Positions 54,537 through 63,336 of a DNA stretch of 64,000 nt are shown piece after piece. The position numbers and the translations under genes were made by a program. Source of the DNA: a virus; IMG/VR virus record IMGVR_UViG_3300045988_137032, positions 96,001-160,000 of that record; one strand, given 5' to 3'. The stretch's first letter is position 1; the number at the start of each line of letters is the position of its first letter. Under the pieces are notes generated by a model. That model saw only the letters and a program-made list of their open reading frames with translations, did not search any database and had not been told where the DNA came from.

Positions 54537-54570
54537 CCTAGTATGATAATCATTGCATTATCATACTAGG
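54537..54570. repeat. perfect 14-bp-stem hairpin
   Basis: CCTAGTATGATAAT-cattgc-ATTATCATACTAGG. A T-run follows on the minus strand. Confidence 0.8.
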
Positions 54571-54642
54571 TAAAAGAACCATCTGTTTGACATAAAATGA
54601 GCATAAATGTGACGTAAAATGCAGTATTTTGATAGAAAAATA

Positions 54643-54701
54643 CTGGAATATACATCTATAACAAATATACTTAGTATATTTGTTATAGATGTATATTCCA
54701 G
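54643..54701. repeat. perfect 59-bp palindrome (28-bp arms, 3-nt loop) upstream of the fibre/tip operon
   Basis: CTGGAATATACATCTATAACAAATATAC-TTA-GTATATTTGTTATAGATGTATATTCCAG, checked base by base. Confidence 0.9.
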
Positions 54702-54766
54702 CCAAATGGAAAAATATGTCGAAAGATTGGTTGATAACGATTTTTGAAAATGAGGTGAAAATCGTT

Positions 54767-55186
54767 ATGAAAGCCGAATATAAGGCAGAGAATATCAATG
54801 CGACTGAACTTTTGCTAAGGTATGCTGAACCAGAAAAATTCATCCTCCCAAAAGAACACACGAATGATTTTGGAGATGTAGGGCATGATTCAAAATCAAT
54901 GCAAGTATTTGAATCATATGAGCTGGAAGGAGCTCCTGATTTGTATGGACATATAATCCATATAAATGGTCAATACGGTAGCATGTATCATTATGCATCA
55001 TCTGAGTTATTCTTAGGATGGCCATCGCATACCGATACTACATCTATAAAAACGCCACCCATATATTATAGAGCTCATTCAGATAAAATCGATGAGCTTG
55101 GTTGGACACCGTGGAGAAGACTTGTTTACGAAGACGAAGTTGTAGAAATCGTAAATTCAGTCTTAGCGGAAAAAGGATTGATTTAA
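54767..55186 (+). CDS. putative fibre-associated protein (weak)
   Basis: The ATG at 54767 has GAGGTG upstream. First gene of an operon with three tip-like genes. C-terminus DELGWTPWRRLVYEDE. Confidence 0.4.
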   Translation: MKAEYKAENINATELLLRYAEPEKFILPKEHTNDFGDVGHDSKSMQVFESYELEGAPDLYGHIIHINGQYGSMYHYASSELFLGWPSHTDTTSIKTPPIYYRAHSDKIDELGWTPWRRLVYEDEVVEIVNSVLAEKGLI

Positions 55187-55197
55187 GGAGAATGAAT

Positions 55198-55580
55198 ATG
55201 GCTGAAAAAATTTTACTCACAAAAAAAACAATGAAGCCATCAGCCTACAACCGATAGCAATTCACGACATTGGTGTTGATTATATCCGATTCACCAACGG
55301 AGTTCAAATATGCTGGGGAACTAAAAGATTTAACGGTGATGAAATTGATTTAAATCAAGACGTATCAAAAGCATTCATTAAATTTCCAGTAGCTTTCAAT
55401 AGTGTACCTAATATTATACTCGGGCGTCAATGTGGATATCGTTATACTACAAACAACGATGATGCTGGACTATATGCAGGGTATATAGAACCAGACCATT
55501 TTGTAGTCTGTGGCTCTACTAAAATGGACCGTTCTGAAATCGCAGTGTGTATGTATGTTGCTTTTGGTAGATGGAAATAA
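55198..55580 (+). CDS. tail-fibre-tip-like paralog needing a -1 shift/+1 A in an A8 tract (55221-55228)
   Basis: AAGGAG plus the ATG at 55198 gives MAEKILLTKK, then a stop at 55255. The -1 frame reads NNEAISLQPIAIHDIGVDYIRFTNGVQICWG...MYVAFGRWK to the TAA at 55578, with no in-frame ATG of its own. Confidence 0.55.
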
Positions 55581-55591
55581 AGGAGACTATT

Positions 55592-55965
55592 ATGAGCGAA
55601 GTTTTCGTTGAAAAAAAAAAACGAATGAACTTATTCAGCTAATCAGCGTTGCTGATGCTGGAGACGGTTATATTCGTTTTTCTAATGGATTACAAATATG
55701 CCATGCCATTATAAACGATGATACCCCAAATGAAACTATCGGAAATTTCAATGGTGGTACTGTTACCTTTGCTATGCCGTTTATCAATGAGCCATCAATA
55801 ACATTATCACGATGGCTAAATGACCTATATTACAGTAATGAATATAGAAAAGAAATTCATTATTCATCACTTAGTCGTAAATCATTTATAGTTGTTGGCG
55901 TTAATGAAGCTGATGAAGCTAAAGTTATTAACTTTTCCTATATCGCAATAGGAAAATGGAAATGA
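55592..55965 (+). CDS. tail-fibre-tip-like paralog needing a -1 shift/+1 A in an A11 tract (55611-55621)
   Basis: AGGAG plus the ATG at 55592 gives MSEVFVEKKK, then a stop at 55640. The -1 frame reads TNELIQLISVADAGDGYIRFSNGLQICHA...YIAIGKWK. Confidence 0.55.
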
Positions 55966-55973
55966 GGATTTTT

Positions 55974-56303
55974 ATGTATATTAATTTGAAAAAAAAAAAC
56001 GGAGAGAATATTTCTGTAGTAGCTGTCGAAGATATTGCTAATAATTATATTAGATTTTCTAACGGTCTACAGATTGTATATTCAAATGGAATGATCACGG
56101 AATCAGGAGATACTATAACATTTCCTGTAGACTTTACCACAAATCCAGTTATAGTATTTAATCGTGATGGAGGATGTGATGGACTTTCCAACATCCATGG
56201 AGCTTTCGTTAACGGGCATGAACATAAAATATTCATTGATGATCCATCAAGTGCTATATTTCCGATATACTTCAACTATATTGCCATCGGTTGGTGGAAA
56301 TAA
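55974..56303 (+). CDS. tail-fibre-tip-like paralog, in frame through an A11 tract (55989-55999)
   Basis: MYINLKKKNGENISVVAVEDIANNYIRFSNGLQIVYS...NYIAIGWWK. Confidence 0.6.
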   Translation: MYINLKKKNGENISVVAVEDIANNYIRFSNGLQIVYSNGMITESGDTITFPVDFTTNPVIVFNRDGGCDGLSNIHGAFVNGHEHKIFIDDPSSAIFPIYFNYIAIGWWK

Positions 56304-56372
56304 AAATCCAGCATAAGCTAGTCTTGCATTTCTTAGCCTATACTGGATATAAAGGAAAATTAAAGCGTATAA

Positions 56373-56403
56373 GACCGAGTGTAGTTCTCAGCTACACTCG
56401 GTC
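56373..56403. terminator. hairpin between convergent genes
   Basis: GACCGAGTGTAG/CTACACTCGGTC. Confidence 0.55.
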
Positions 56404-56442
56404 GCTTTAACCCTAAATTACTGTAGATTGTATAGTATCTAT

Positions 56443-56874
56443 TTACACATCCACATAAGGGCCATATGTAGCGCTCATACCTTCAGGATCTGGATAATTC
56501 ACAAATTTAAAGCTTAACTGAACTGCATCAGCTTTTCCAGTATTCTTAACCTTACTCTTGAAACGGTTAAGAATATCTTTTTCTTTATAGTACGGATCAA
56601 TACTAAGTTCGATTTTCTTATCACTATGAGTAAGCTTTGTAGTGATTTTAGGATCACCTGATTTAAGATTATCAATTTTGATGAATACTTTCACTGTATC
56701 CTTTGGAAACTTTCCCTTTCCGAAGTCATCAAGTAAGGTATTTGCAAACTGAGTAAATGCATTATCATCTGGCCAGTCATCCTCATTACTCAATATCTTA
56801 AGTTTCTCAACAACGAAATCACCATCCACAAGGCCTTCTTTATATGCTTCAAGAATAGCTTCTTGTAAGTCCAT
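56443..56874 (-). CDS. leader-bearing small protein (type II-like leader, dispersed copy)
   Basis: The ATG at 56874 (AAAGGAG upstream) gives MDLQEAILEAYKEGLVDG. Confidence 0.45.
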   Translation of the reverse strand: MDLQEAILEAYKEGLVDGDFVVEKLKILSNEDDWPDDNAFTQFANTLLDDFGKGKFPKDTVKVFIKIDNLKSGDPKITTKLTHSDKKIELSIDPYYKEKDILNRFKSKVKNTGKADAVQLSFKFVNYPDPEGMSATYGPYVDV

Positions 56875-56999
56875 TTTATTAATCTCCTTTCTATAAGTAT
56901 TTTCATTAAGAAATTGTCTTTTCCTATAAAATACCCTGAAAAACAAATAGCTAATCATACTAACTTAGTATAATAACTCATGAAAGGGGATAAACCAAA

Positions 57000-59183
57000 A
57001 TGATCGAATTCGATAAAGAAAAGATCTTCAATGGTAGCCCTGTGAAAGCTCTTCGGAATCAGTTCGAAGAATTAAAGCAGGACTATACGAAGGCTAATGC
57101 AATTCGGTATTCTCAGGTATATAGTGAGATGACTCTCACTGATATTCTGGATGGGTCTGAATATATCTTTACGGAACCTATGCGTGGTTGTGCTTTCTAT
57201 AAAGATCTTATGGAAAGCTGTGTAATTCCTTACGATCGTATCGAAGAAGAGTACGATAAGGTGAATCATTATCTGAAAGAAAATCAGAAAAAGATGAGCC
57301 CCACGATGCTTACTGAGTATACTGAACTTCTGAACCTCATGGAAACGAAGTTTACGAATACTTGCTATACTCGTATGATGTATGAGACGTTCCATGATAA
57401 TACTCATGCAAATGATCGTTTTTATGATTGCCACTTCAATCGTGAAGATGGCGTCATTGAGGAATCTACTGCAAATCCCATTTATAAAGCAAAGGGTCTG
57501 CGTCTGATTGATGCAATTACCCTTGGAGTTAAAAAGCCTGAAAAGAATGCTTCTTCCCTGTATAAGTACATGGTGGAAGAAGCTTTAGTTGAGAATCCTA
57601 CTACTCCGGAAGAGTATCAGCTGAATGCATACACAACCAATGTGGTTCGTCGTATGATGAAGGATTCCTACATCTCTGAAGCAGTCAATAATCTTCAGAA
57701 TATGAATCTTCGTACTCTGCTGAAGGGTCTTGCTAAGGAAGACCAGAGTGAATTTCTTGAGTCTGTTGTCATTGAGAAGGGTGATCCGGATGACATCGTC
57801 TATTCCACTACTGAGAATGCGGTGAATATGATGTTTGATGATGAGGATTCTCATTGTATCTTTGCAGAGAGTGATGCTCAGGAGAAGATGCATCGTCTTA
57901 GTTGTGAAAAAGCTATCATCGATATGAATGAAAGCTTCCTTTCTATGGATGCTATCAATGGTGTATCTGCTGGGTCTACCGCAAACTGGGATCCTATTGT
58001 GGAGAAGATTTGCTTTGAGTCTTCTTCCATCACAAAGATTCCTACTGATATTTCTGAGCAGGTTAAGATGCTTCGTGAAAAGTCTGAAGAGATTGCCAAC
58101 GAATATCAGCTTACCTGTGAAGCATATTACACTGCTGATGGTAGCCCTTCTAAGGTTGTGGCAATGGCCGTCAACGAGTATATTCCCAAGAAAGCATCCA
58201 AGCTGAAGAAGCAGAAGGCTGAGGATCTCGATGACGATGAAGATGAGGACGATTCCGAAGATGATACTACGGATGATGATTCATCTGATAGTGGTCATGC
58301 TGAGACCGATGCTGAGCATAACGCAAAACTTCAGTCTAAGAAGGATGCTCAGACAGCCAAGTATGCTGCCATGGATGACAGCGATATAAATTTTAACGAA
58401 GCGTCAGAAGACGAAGAGGAAGAAGACGATAAGAAGAATCCTAAGTCTGGCAAAGCCACTTCTGACGCAAAAGCATCTCCTGCTAAAAAGGATGATGGGG
58501 AAGAAGCCGAAGACGATACTCAGGATGATGAATCTTCTGATGATGAGGACGAATCTGATTCCAAGGAGCCTGTAAAGGATACTGTGGATAAAGAAGAGCC
58601 TAAAGCAAAAGAAGATGAAAAGAAACCTGATGAGAAGCCTAAGGAAGTAGAAAAACCTCAGAAGCGTTCTCTTGCTCAGAGGATTCAGAATAAGGCACTG
58701 GATACCAATGCTAAAGTTCATAAGAAGCTCGCTGAGATTCATCGTAAGAATATCGACCGAAAGAACGCTGCAAAAGCTGTAGGTAAAATTCCTGCTGGTG
58801 CTGGCGGTATGTTGAAAAAACAAATTGCTGAGTGGGAAGAAATGGATGATGATAAGCGTAAAGAGTATATCATCAAACCTGGTACTCGTAAGAAGTACTT
58901 CCGTGCTCTTAAGTTTGCTATTGAGCATTACATCGCTTTTGCCATTAATCCTCTGATGAATATCGTTCTTCTTATTTGCCAGAAGTTCTCTCATGATAAG
59001 GATATTCGTATTCGTAACGAATTGATTCATGAGCTTAAGACAGAGCAGAAAGTCATTGACGCTAAGATTAGCGATATGCAAAGTAATCCGAAGATGAATA
59101 ACGAACGCTATAAGCTGATGCGCTTTAAAGATAAGCTGGATGCTGAAATCGTTCGTGTCTCTGCAAATTCCAAGTATGTCTAA
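57000..59183 (+). CDS. large structural-module protein with a long acidic/Lys-rich central tract
   Basis: 727-aa ORF with AAAGGGG SD. Central DDDEDEDDSEDDTTDDDSSD...EEEEDDKK tract. Upstream of the capsid genes. Confidence 0.65.
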   Translation: MIEFDKEKIFNGSPVKALRNQFEELKQDYTKANAIRYSQVYSEMTLTDILDGSEYIFTEPMRGCAFYKDLMESCVIPYDRIEEEYDKVNHYLKENQKKMSPTMLTEYTELLNLMETKFTNTCYTRMMYETFHDNTHANDRFYDCHFNREDGVIEESTANPIYKAKGLRLIDAITLGVKKPEKNASSLYKYMVEEALVENPTTPEEYQLNAYTTNVVRRMMKDSYISEAVNNLQNMNLRTLLKGLAKEDQSEFLESVVIEKGDPDDIVYSTTENAVNMMFDDEDSHCIFAESDAQEKMHRLSCEKAIIDMNESFLSMDAINGVSAGSTANWDPIVEKICFESSSITKIPTDISEQVKMLREKSEEIANEYQLTCEAYYTADGSPSKVVAMAVNEYIPKKASKLKKQKAEDLDDDEDEDDSEDDTTDDDSSDSGHAETDAEHNAKLQSKKDAQTAKYAAMDDSDINFNEASEDEEEEDDKKNPKSGKATSDAKASPAKKDDGEEAEDDTQDDESSDDEDESDSKEPVKDTVDKEEPKAKEDEKKPDEKPKEVEKPQKRSLAQRIQNKALDTNAKVHKKLAEIHRKNIDRKNAAKAVGKIPAGAGGMLKKQIAEWEEMDDDKRKEYIIKPGTRKKYFRALKFAIEHYIAFAINPLMNIVLLICQKFSHDKDIRIRNELIHELKTEQKVIDAKISDMQSNPKMNNERYKLMRFKDKLDAEIVRVSANSKYV

Positions 59184-59194
59184 TAGGAGTACAC

Positions 59195-59311
59195 ATGATT
59201 TCCCATATTATTGAAGCAATCATTGCCTGCTTTATTCTGGATGGAATCTTTTACTACATGATTCCTAATGCTTATAAGCATATTCTAAATAAAGCACGTA
59301 ATATGATGTAA
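59195..59311 (+). CDS. 38-aa hydrophobic peptide (not in the ORF track)
   Basis: AGGAG 6 nt upstream of the ATG. MISHIIEAIIACFILDGIFYYMIPNAYKHILNKARNMM. Confidence 0.4.
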   Translation: MISHIIEAIIACFILDGIFYYMIPNAYKHILNKARNMM

Positions 59312-59337
59312 CCTATATGACAAGGAGAAAGTATATT

Positions 59338-59658
59338 ATGAATCCAATTTTGATTCATCTCTTAAATGGCGTAAATTATGAAGAGTGTGCAAATCTCATC
59401 AAAGGGCTAATCCTATTTTGGTGGTTCATTCTTATGCCAACAACCATTACCGCGATCTTTATAGATCAATTCAATATCATCTATAATAAAGCAATCATTC
59501 AAGCAAATGATGCTTTTCCGAAGTTAGTAAATCATTGGAAGAATCCATTCTATCATTTCGCTATTTTGGTATCGGCAATGAGTAGAATTATTTTCATTCC
59601 AATGAATTTACTACTAGCATATGCAGATGGGAAGGAGAAGTGGTGGAATTGTCTGTAG
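59338..59658 (+). CDS. small membrane protein
   Basis: The ATG at 59338 has AAGGAG upstream. About 3 hydrophobic helices. Confidence 0.6.
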   Translation: MNPILIHLLNGVNYEECANLIKGLILFWWFILMPTTITAIFIDQFNIIYNKAIIQANDAFPKLVNHWKNPFYHFAILVSAMSRIIFIPMNLLLAYADGKEKWWNCL

Positions 59659-59882
59659 ATGAAATTTCTGGTATCGTAATTGGTATTGCAGGAATTCCAT
59701 TCCTCATTGCATCAATCGTTTTATTGCTTCCAACATTTAGCAATATGGCTTATTGTGTAGTGTGGTTTTTACGCGATTACATAATCAATCCCATTTATGA
59801 TACAATTCATGATTTCGTTTGTAGTTGTGTAGAATCACATCACAGACGTGAAATCCATAAGAAAGGAGGTTTTCGAGATTGA
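59640..59882 (+). CDS. small membrane protein
   Basis: GTG start (59640 or 59643) after GGAAGGAG. Two hydrophobic helices. Confidence 0.55.
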   Translation: MVELSVDEISGIVIGIAGIPFLIASIVLLLPTFSNMAYCVVWFLRDYIINPIYDTIHDFVCSCVESHHRREIHKKGGFRD

Positions 59883-60721
59883 TTGAAGCAGTTCCGATGA
59901 AAAGATCTCTTTTTAATTCCTTTATGTTTGAAGCTCCTGGTGATGAAGATGATGGGAAGGTATCCGTTACTGTAGCACCTAGAGCAAACCGTGGTAACGA
60001 TTACGGTGATGATACCGTGAAAGCTACTGTAAGACCTACTGCTGCTCGTGGTGCTACTGACTATGGTGCAGACGACGATGCAGAAGATACTCCCGATGAT
60101 ACTCCAGACGCTCAGGATGCTGGTGATGATACCACAACCGATGATACTGGAGATACCGATGAAGGAGATGATACTGATGCCGATACTGCAACAGACTATG
60201 GAGCAGATGATGACGACGATGGCACCGGGGATACTGGTGATGAGTCTGGTGATGATGGTGATTCAGCACCCGAAGGCGATGCTGGGGATGATACTGATTC
60301 TCCTACGGACTATGGTGCTGATGACGGTGGCGACGATGGGTCTGATGCTGGTGGTGAAGATGACTCAGGCAATTCAGGGGACGGTAATAGCAATGGGAAT
60401 AATAAAGGCGAAGCACTTCGTAAGTTCCATATGTATGCTCGTTTCCAGCATCTTTACAACGTAATCGAAACTTTCATTGAGAAGATGAGAGATGTCGTGA
60501 AGGATGACCCGACACAGAATGCTGTCATCAAACGTGTTACTACGAATTTTACAAATCTTTATGATAATCTTTATGATTTCATGATGGTAAAATTCTCCCG
60601 TGCATCATACGTAGAATTGCTCGTCTATATGGAACAGGCCGTTGCAATTTGCAAACTCAACTTCGAATTGCTTAAAAACAACAGGATTGAGCTAAAACAG
60701 TATCCTAACGATTGGAAATAA
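59879..60721 (+). CDS. acidic repeat protein, putative scaffold
   Basis: TTG start 9 nt after AAGGAGG (or the ATG at 59897). Four (T/N)DYG(A/D)DD repeats in an Asp/Gly-rich tract. Helical C-terminus. Directly upstream of the capsid-like gene. Confidence 0.5.
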   Translation: MIEAVPMKRSLFNSFMFEAPGDEDDGKVSVTVAPRANRGNDYGDDTVKATVRPTAARGATDYGADDDAEDTPDDTPDAQDAGDDTTTDDTGDTDEGDDTDADTATDYGADDDDDGTGDTGDESGDDGDSAPEGDAGDDTDSPTDYGADDGGDDGSDAGGEDDSGNSGDGNSNGNNKGEALRKFHMYARFQHLYNVIETFIEKMRDVVKDDPTQNAVIKRVTTNFTNLYDNLYDFMMVKFSRASYVELLVYMEQAVAICKLNFELLKNNRIELKQYPNDWK

Positions 60722-60798
60722 CCAACTCCAATTTGTAATGGATTTCTATTACATATGAGTAATTCTTTTAATTCTATAAGAAAAGGAGCGAATTCGCA

Positions 60799-62541
60799 AT
60801 GAATAATCATCTGAGTTTTCTGACCGAATCTTCCAAGGGCTTCCAGGAGACCCCTACCATTGGTAGCTTCTCTCTGGGTGCACAGAAGAATGAGTTTGAT
60901 ACCGTTTTTGAGCAGGCATGTAATGAGCTGATGGCTCAGGGTATTGATGCTAAGATCAATATCAATGACCTGGTTCAGAATAAGCCCATCTACGAGGCTT
61001 ATCGTGATGCCCTGCTTTCTAACCTGAAGGATGACTGTGAGAATTTCCAGGATGTTGCAGAGGGCACCCGTTATGCTACTCTGTACGAGCAGACCGAGGC
61101 TATGCTGGATAACTGCCGTGCAGACCTGCTGCAGGAGTCTACCCGCGTTGGCCAGCTGCTGCCCATTAAGGCAGTTGACTTCCCCGTTCTGATCAAGCAG
61201 AACCTGGCTCTGGCTTCCAAGGATATCATCCAGACTGAGGTCACCAAGACCCCCGTCATCAAGAAGCACATCGAGCGTCGTTGGGTCGTTGATCCCAAGA
61301 CTGGTAAGCGTTGGGAGTATCCCCAGTGCTTCTTCAAGGATGAGTTCACTGATATCTTCAACGCTGGTAAGGGTCTGCCGATTAAGGATACCGATGTTGA
61401 TATTACCGCTGGTAAGTGCTTCAACTACAATATCCCGAAGAACCTGACCGATACCACTGATTATACCCGTGAGCACATCACCTTCGATCTGAAGATCGTG
61501 TCCGCTAAGGTCACTACCGATGATGGTGATAAGGACTTCCCGCTGGAGATGCGCATCAACATGTCCGATAACACCTGGCTGGGTGGTCAGATTAAGGACG
61601 AGAAGACTGGTGAGATCATCGATGTGATCACTGGTACTGTCGACTTCCTGGCCAACAACGTCTGCCTGTCTTCTGCTGCTGGTAAGGTCAAGAGCGTTAA
61701 GTTCGGCGGCTACCTGAGCAACGAACTTAACGAGCGTACTGTCACTTGGGATCGCACCCGTGAAGAGTACGAATGGAAGATCGAGGACGGCTTCCGTGTG
61801 GATATTCCGTACTCTCTGGAGGAGCTGGAGGATGCAAAGGCTCTGATGGATATGGATCTGTACAAGCTGACCTACAACGATCTGTCTGACATTCTGGTTC
61901 AGATGGAGGATAGCCAGATCCTGAAGTATCTGGATGACCAGTACACCAAGTTCAATGGCATTGAGCTGGATCCGCTGGGCTTCAACCCCTTCATTCGTAC
62001 CCAGACCTTCGACTGCGATTCTAAGACTCAGACCGTCGCCCTGCAGTCCGAGTACATCCAGAAGATGCTGAAGTTCTACATCGATCGTTTCGTTATCGAC
62101 ATCTGCGATAGCGCTAAGATCGACGATATGACCTTCGTCTGCTATGGTAACCCCCGTTACATCTCCCTGCTTGATCCTGAGGTCAACTGGGTGGTGCGTT
62201 CCGGTGACTCCGTTGGCGGCGTGAAGGCTAACTACAGCTATGGTATCATGAACGCTGCTGGCATGAAGATCCAGGTTGTCTCTACCTACAAGTACAACAA
62301 CAAGGACGAGCGTAAGCTGCGCTTCATCCCCTATCCTCTGCATGACAACCAGTTCACCTTCAAGCACTACAAGTACACCACTCACATTCTGACTGCTCAG
62401 AACAGTGGTTACCGTGCTGCTAACCAGCCTGGTGGCTCCATGACCTACCTGATGGGTACTACCCGTAACACCACCTGCACCATTCAGGGTATTCAGGGTA
62501 GCATGAGCCTGGAGAACACCAACTTCATTCTGGAGAAGTAA
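60799..62541 (+). CDS. putative major capsid protein
   Basis: 580-aa ORF with the strongest codon bias in the window (CTG, ACC, GGT, ATC). Follows the scaffold-like gene. N-terminal LTE-S motif. Strong terminator downstream. Confidence 0.55.
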   Translation: MNNHLSFLTESSKGFQETPTIGSFSLGAQKNEFDTVFEQACNELMAQGIDAKININDLVQNKPIYEAYRDALLSNLKDDCENFQDVAEGTRYATLYEQTEAMLDNCRADLLQESTRVGQLLPIKAVDFPVLIKQNLALASKDIIQTEVTKTPVIKKHIERRWVVDPKTGKRWEYPQCFFKDEFTDIFNAGKGLPIKDTDVDITAGKCFNYNIPKNLTDTTDYTREHITFDLKIVSAKVTTDDGDKDFPLEMRINMSDNTWLGGQIKDEKTGEIIDVITGTVDFLANNVCLSSAAGKVKSVKFGGYLSNELNERTVTWDRTREEYEWKIEDGFRVDIPYSLEELEDAKALMDMDLYKLTYNDLSDILVQMEDSQILKYLDDQYTKFNGIELDPLGFNPFIRTQTFDCDSKTQTVALQSEYIQKMLKFYIDRFVIDICDSAKIDDMTFVCYGNPRYISLLDPEVNWVVRSGDSVGGVKANYSYGIMNAAGMKIQVVSTYKYNNKDERKLRFIPYPLHDNQFTFKHYKYTTHILTAQNSGYRAANQPGGSMTYLMGTTRNTTCTIQGIQGSMSLENTNFILEK

Positions 62542-62604
62542 TTCGTCACAATAAAGCTTGATAAGACGAGTAGTCTTTCATAATAGACCTCCTAGGGTAA
62601 TATA

Positions 62605-62702
62605 AAAACTCCCCTCTAGTTGCTATAAAGTGACTAGAGGGGAGTTTTACCGTAAAGTCAAGAATTATAATGATATATTATAAATGCGAATAAAAGAAAG
62701 GA
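62605..62702 (+). promoter_or_regulatory. terminator hairpin plus conserved promoter-like module (copy 3 of 3)
   Basis: AAAACTCCCCTCTAGT/ACTAGAGGGGAGTTTT, then TTTTACCGTAAAGTCAAGAATTATAATGATATATTATAAATGCGAATAAAAGAAAGG. Confidence 0.6.
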
Positions 62703-62771
62703 TCATGAATAAAATACTTCATTTTCTATGATCCGAAAAATAAAAAAAAAAGAAACTTAGGAGGTTTCATT

Positions 62772-63005
62772 ATGTCTACTATTATCAATACCATTAGCAC
62801 TATCAATTCCGAAGTTGTTGTGAAGAACATCATGACCGCTACAGCTGTCCTTGGTACCGTCGTGATGATTCTGATGCTCGTAGCAGGTACCATCTGCATC
62901 ATGCAGAATGGCTTGACTTCTCAGGAAGCCAGTACCTGCGGTGCCATCGCTCTCTGCGCTGGATTGATGGTGTACTTTGCATGCAGCTACATCAGCATGC
63001 ATTGA
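62772..63005 (+). CDS. small membrane protein
   Basis: 77 aa with two hydrophobic helices. AGGAGG SD. Biased codons. Confidence 0.65.
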   Translation: MSTIINTISTINSEVVVKNIMTATAVLGTVVMILMLVAGTICIMQNGLTSQEASTCGAIALCAGLMVYFACSYISMH

Positions 63006-63036
63006 CATCATTCTTTAATTAAAGGAGGAATAAAAA

Positions 63037-63312
63037 ATGTACGAAAATGCAATGGAAATTTATAAGCTTGACGAGACCCATGCAAGATTACTATTATATG
63101 ACAGATCACATAGAAAACAAGTCATAGCAGAAGCCCTACAGATGCACAAAGATGCGATGGCTGAATATTCTCGAATCATGGAGGCCGTCAAGCATACAAA
63201 AGATTCTGATGAGCTTAATAAGCTTTATGATGAGCTCGATAAATCAAGCAATCTTTCAAAGATATCCAACTATGTTTTGAACTTTGTAAACGGAATGAAT
63301 CTATCCATGTAA
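63037..63312 (+). CDS. small helical hypothetical protein
   Basis: 91-aa ORF with AAGGAGG SD. Confidence 0.6.
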   Translation: MYENAMEIYKLDETHARLLLYDRSHRKQVIAEALQMHKDAMAEYSRIMEAVKHTKDSDELNKLYDELDKSSNLSKISNYVLNFVNGMNLSM

Positions 63313-63336
63313 AAAAATAAAGGAGAAGTTAAAATT

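Noticed and set aside
54282-54861. ORFs 54282..54515 (plus) and 54550..54861 (minus) in the long intergenic region
   Set aside because: They have no SD and hydrophobic, low-complexity translations, and they run through the perfect palindromes. They are treated as noncoding.
60625-62385. 586-aa ORF on the minus strand overlapping the capsid-like gene
   Set aside because: It has no SD and a low-complexity V/L/I/G/D-rich translation. It is explained by avoidance of TTA/CTA/TCA codons in the strongly biased plus-strand gene, which itself has an SD, a terminator and a protein-like sequence.
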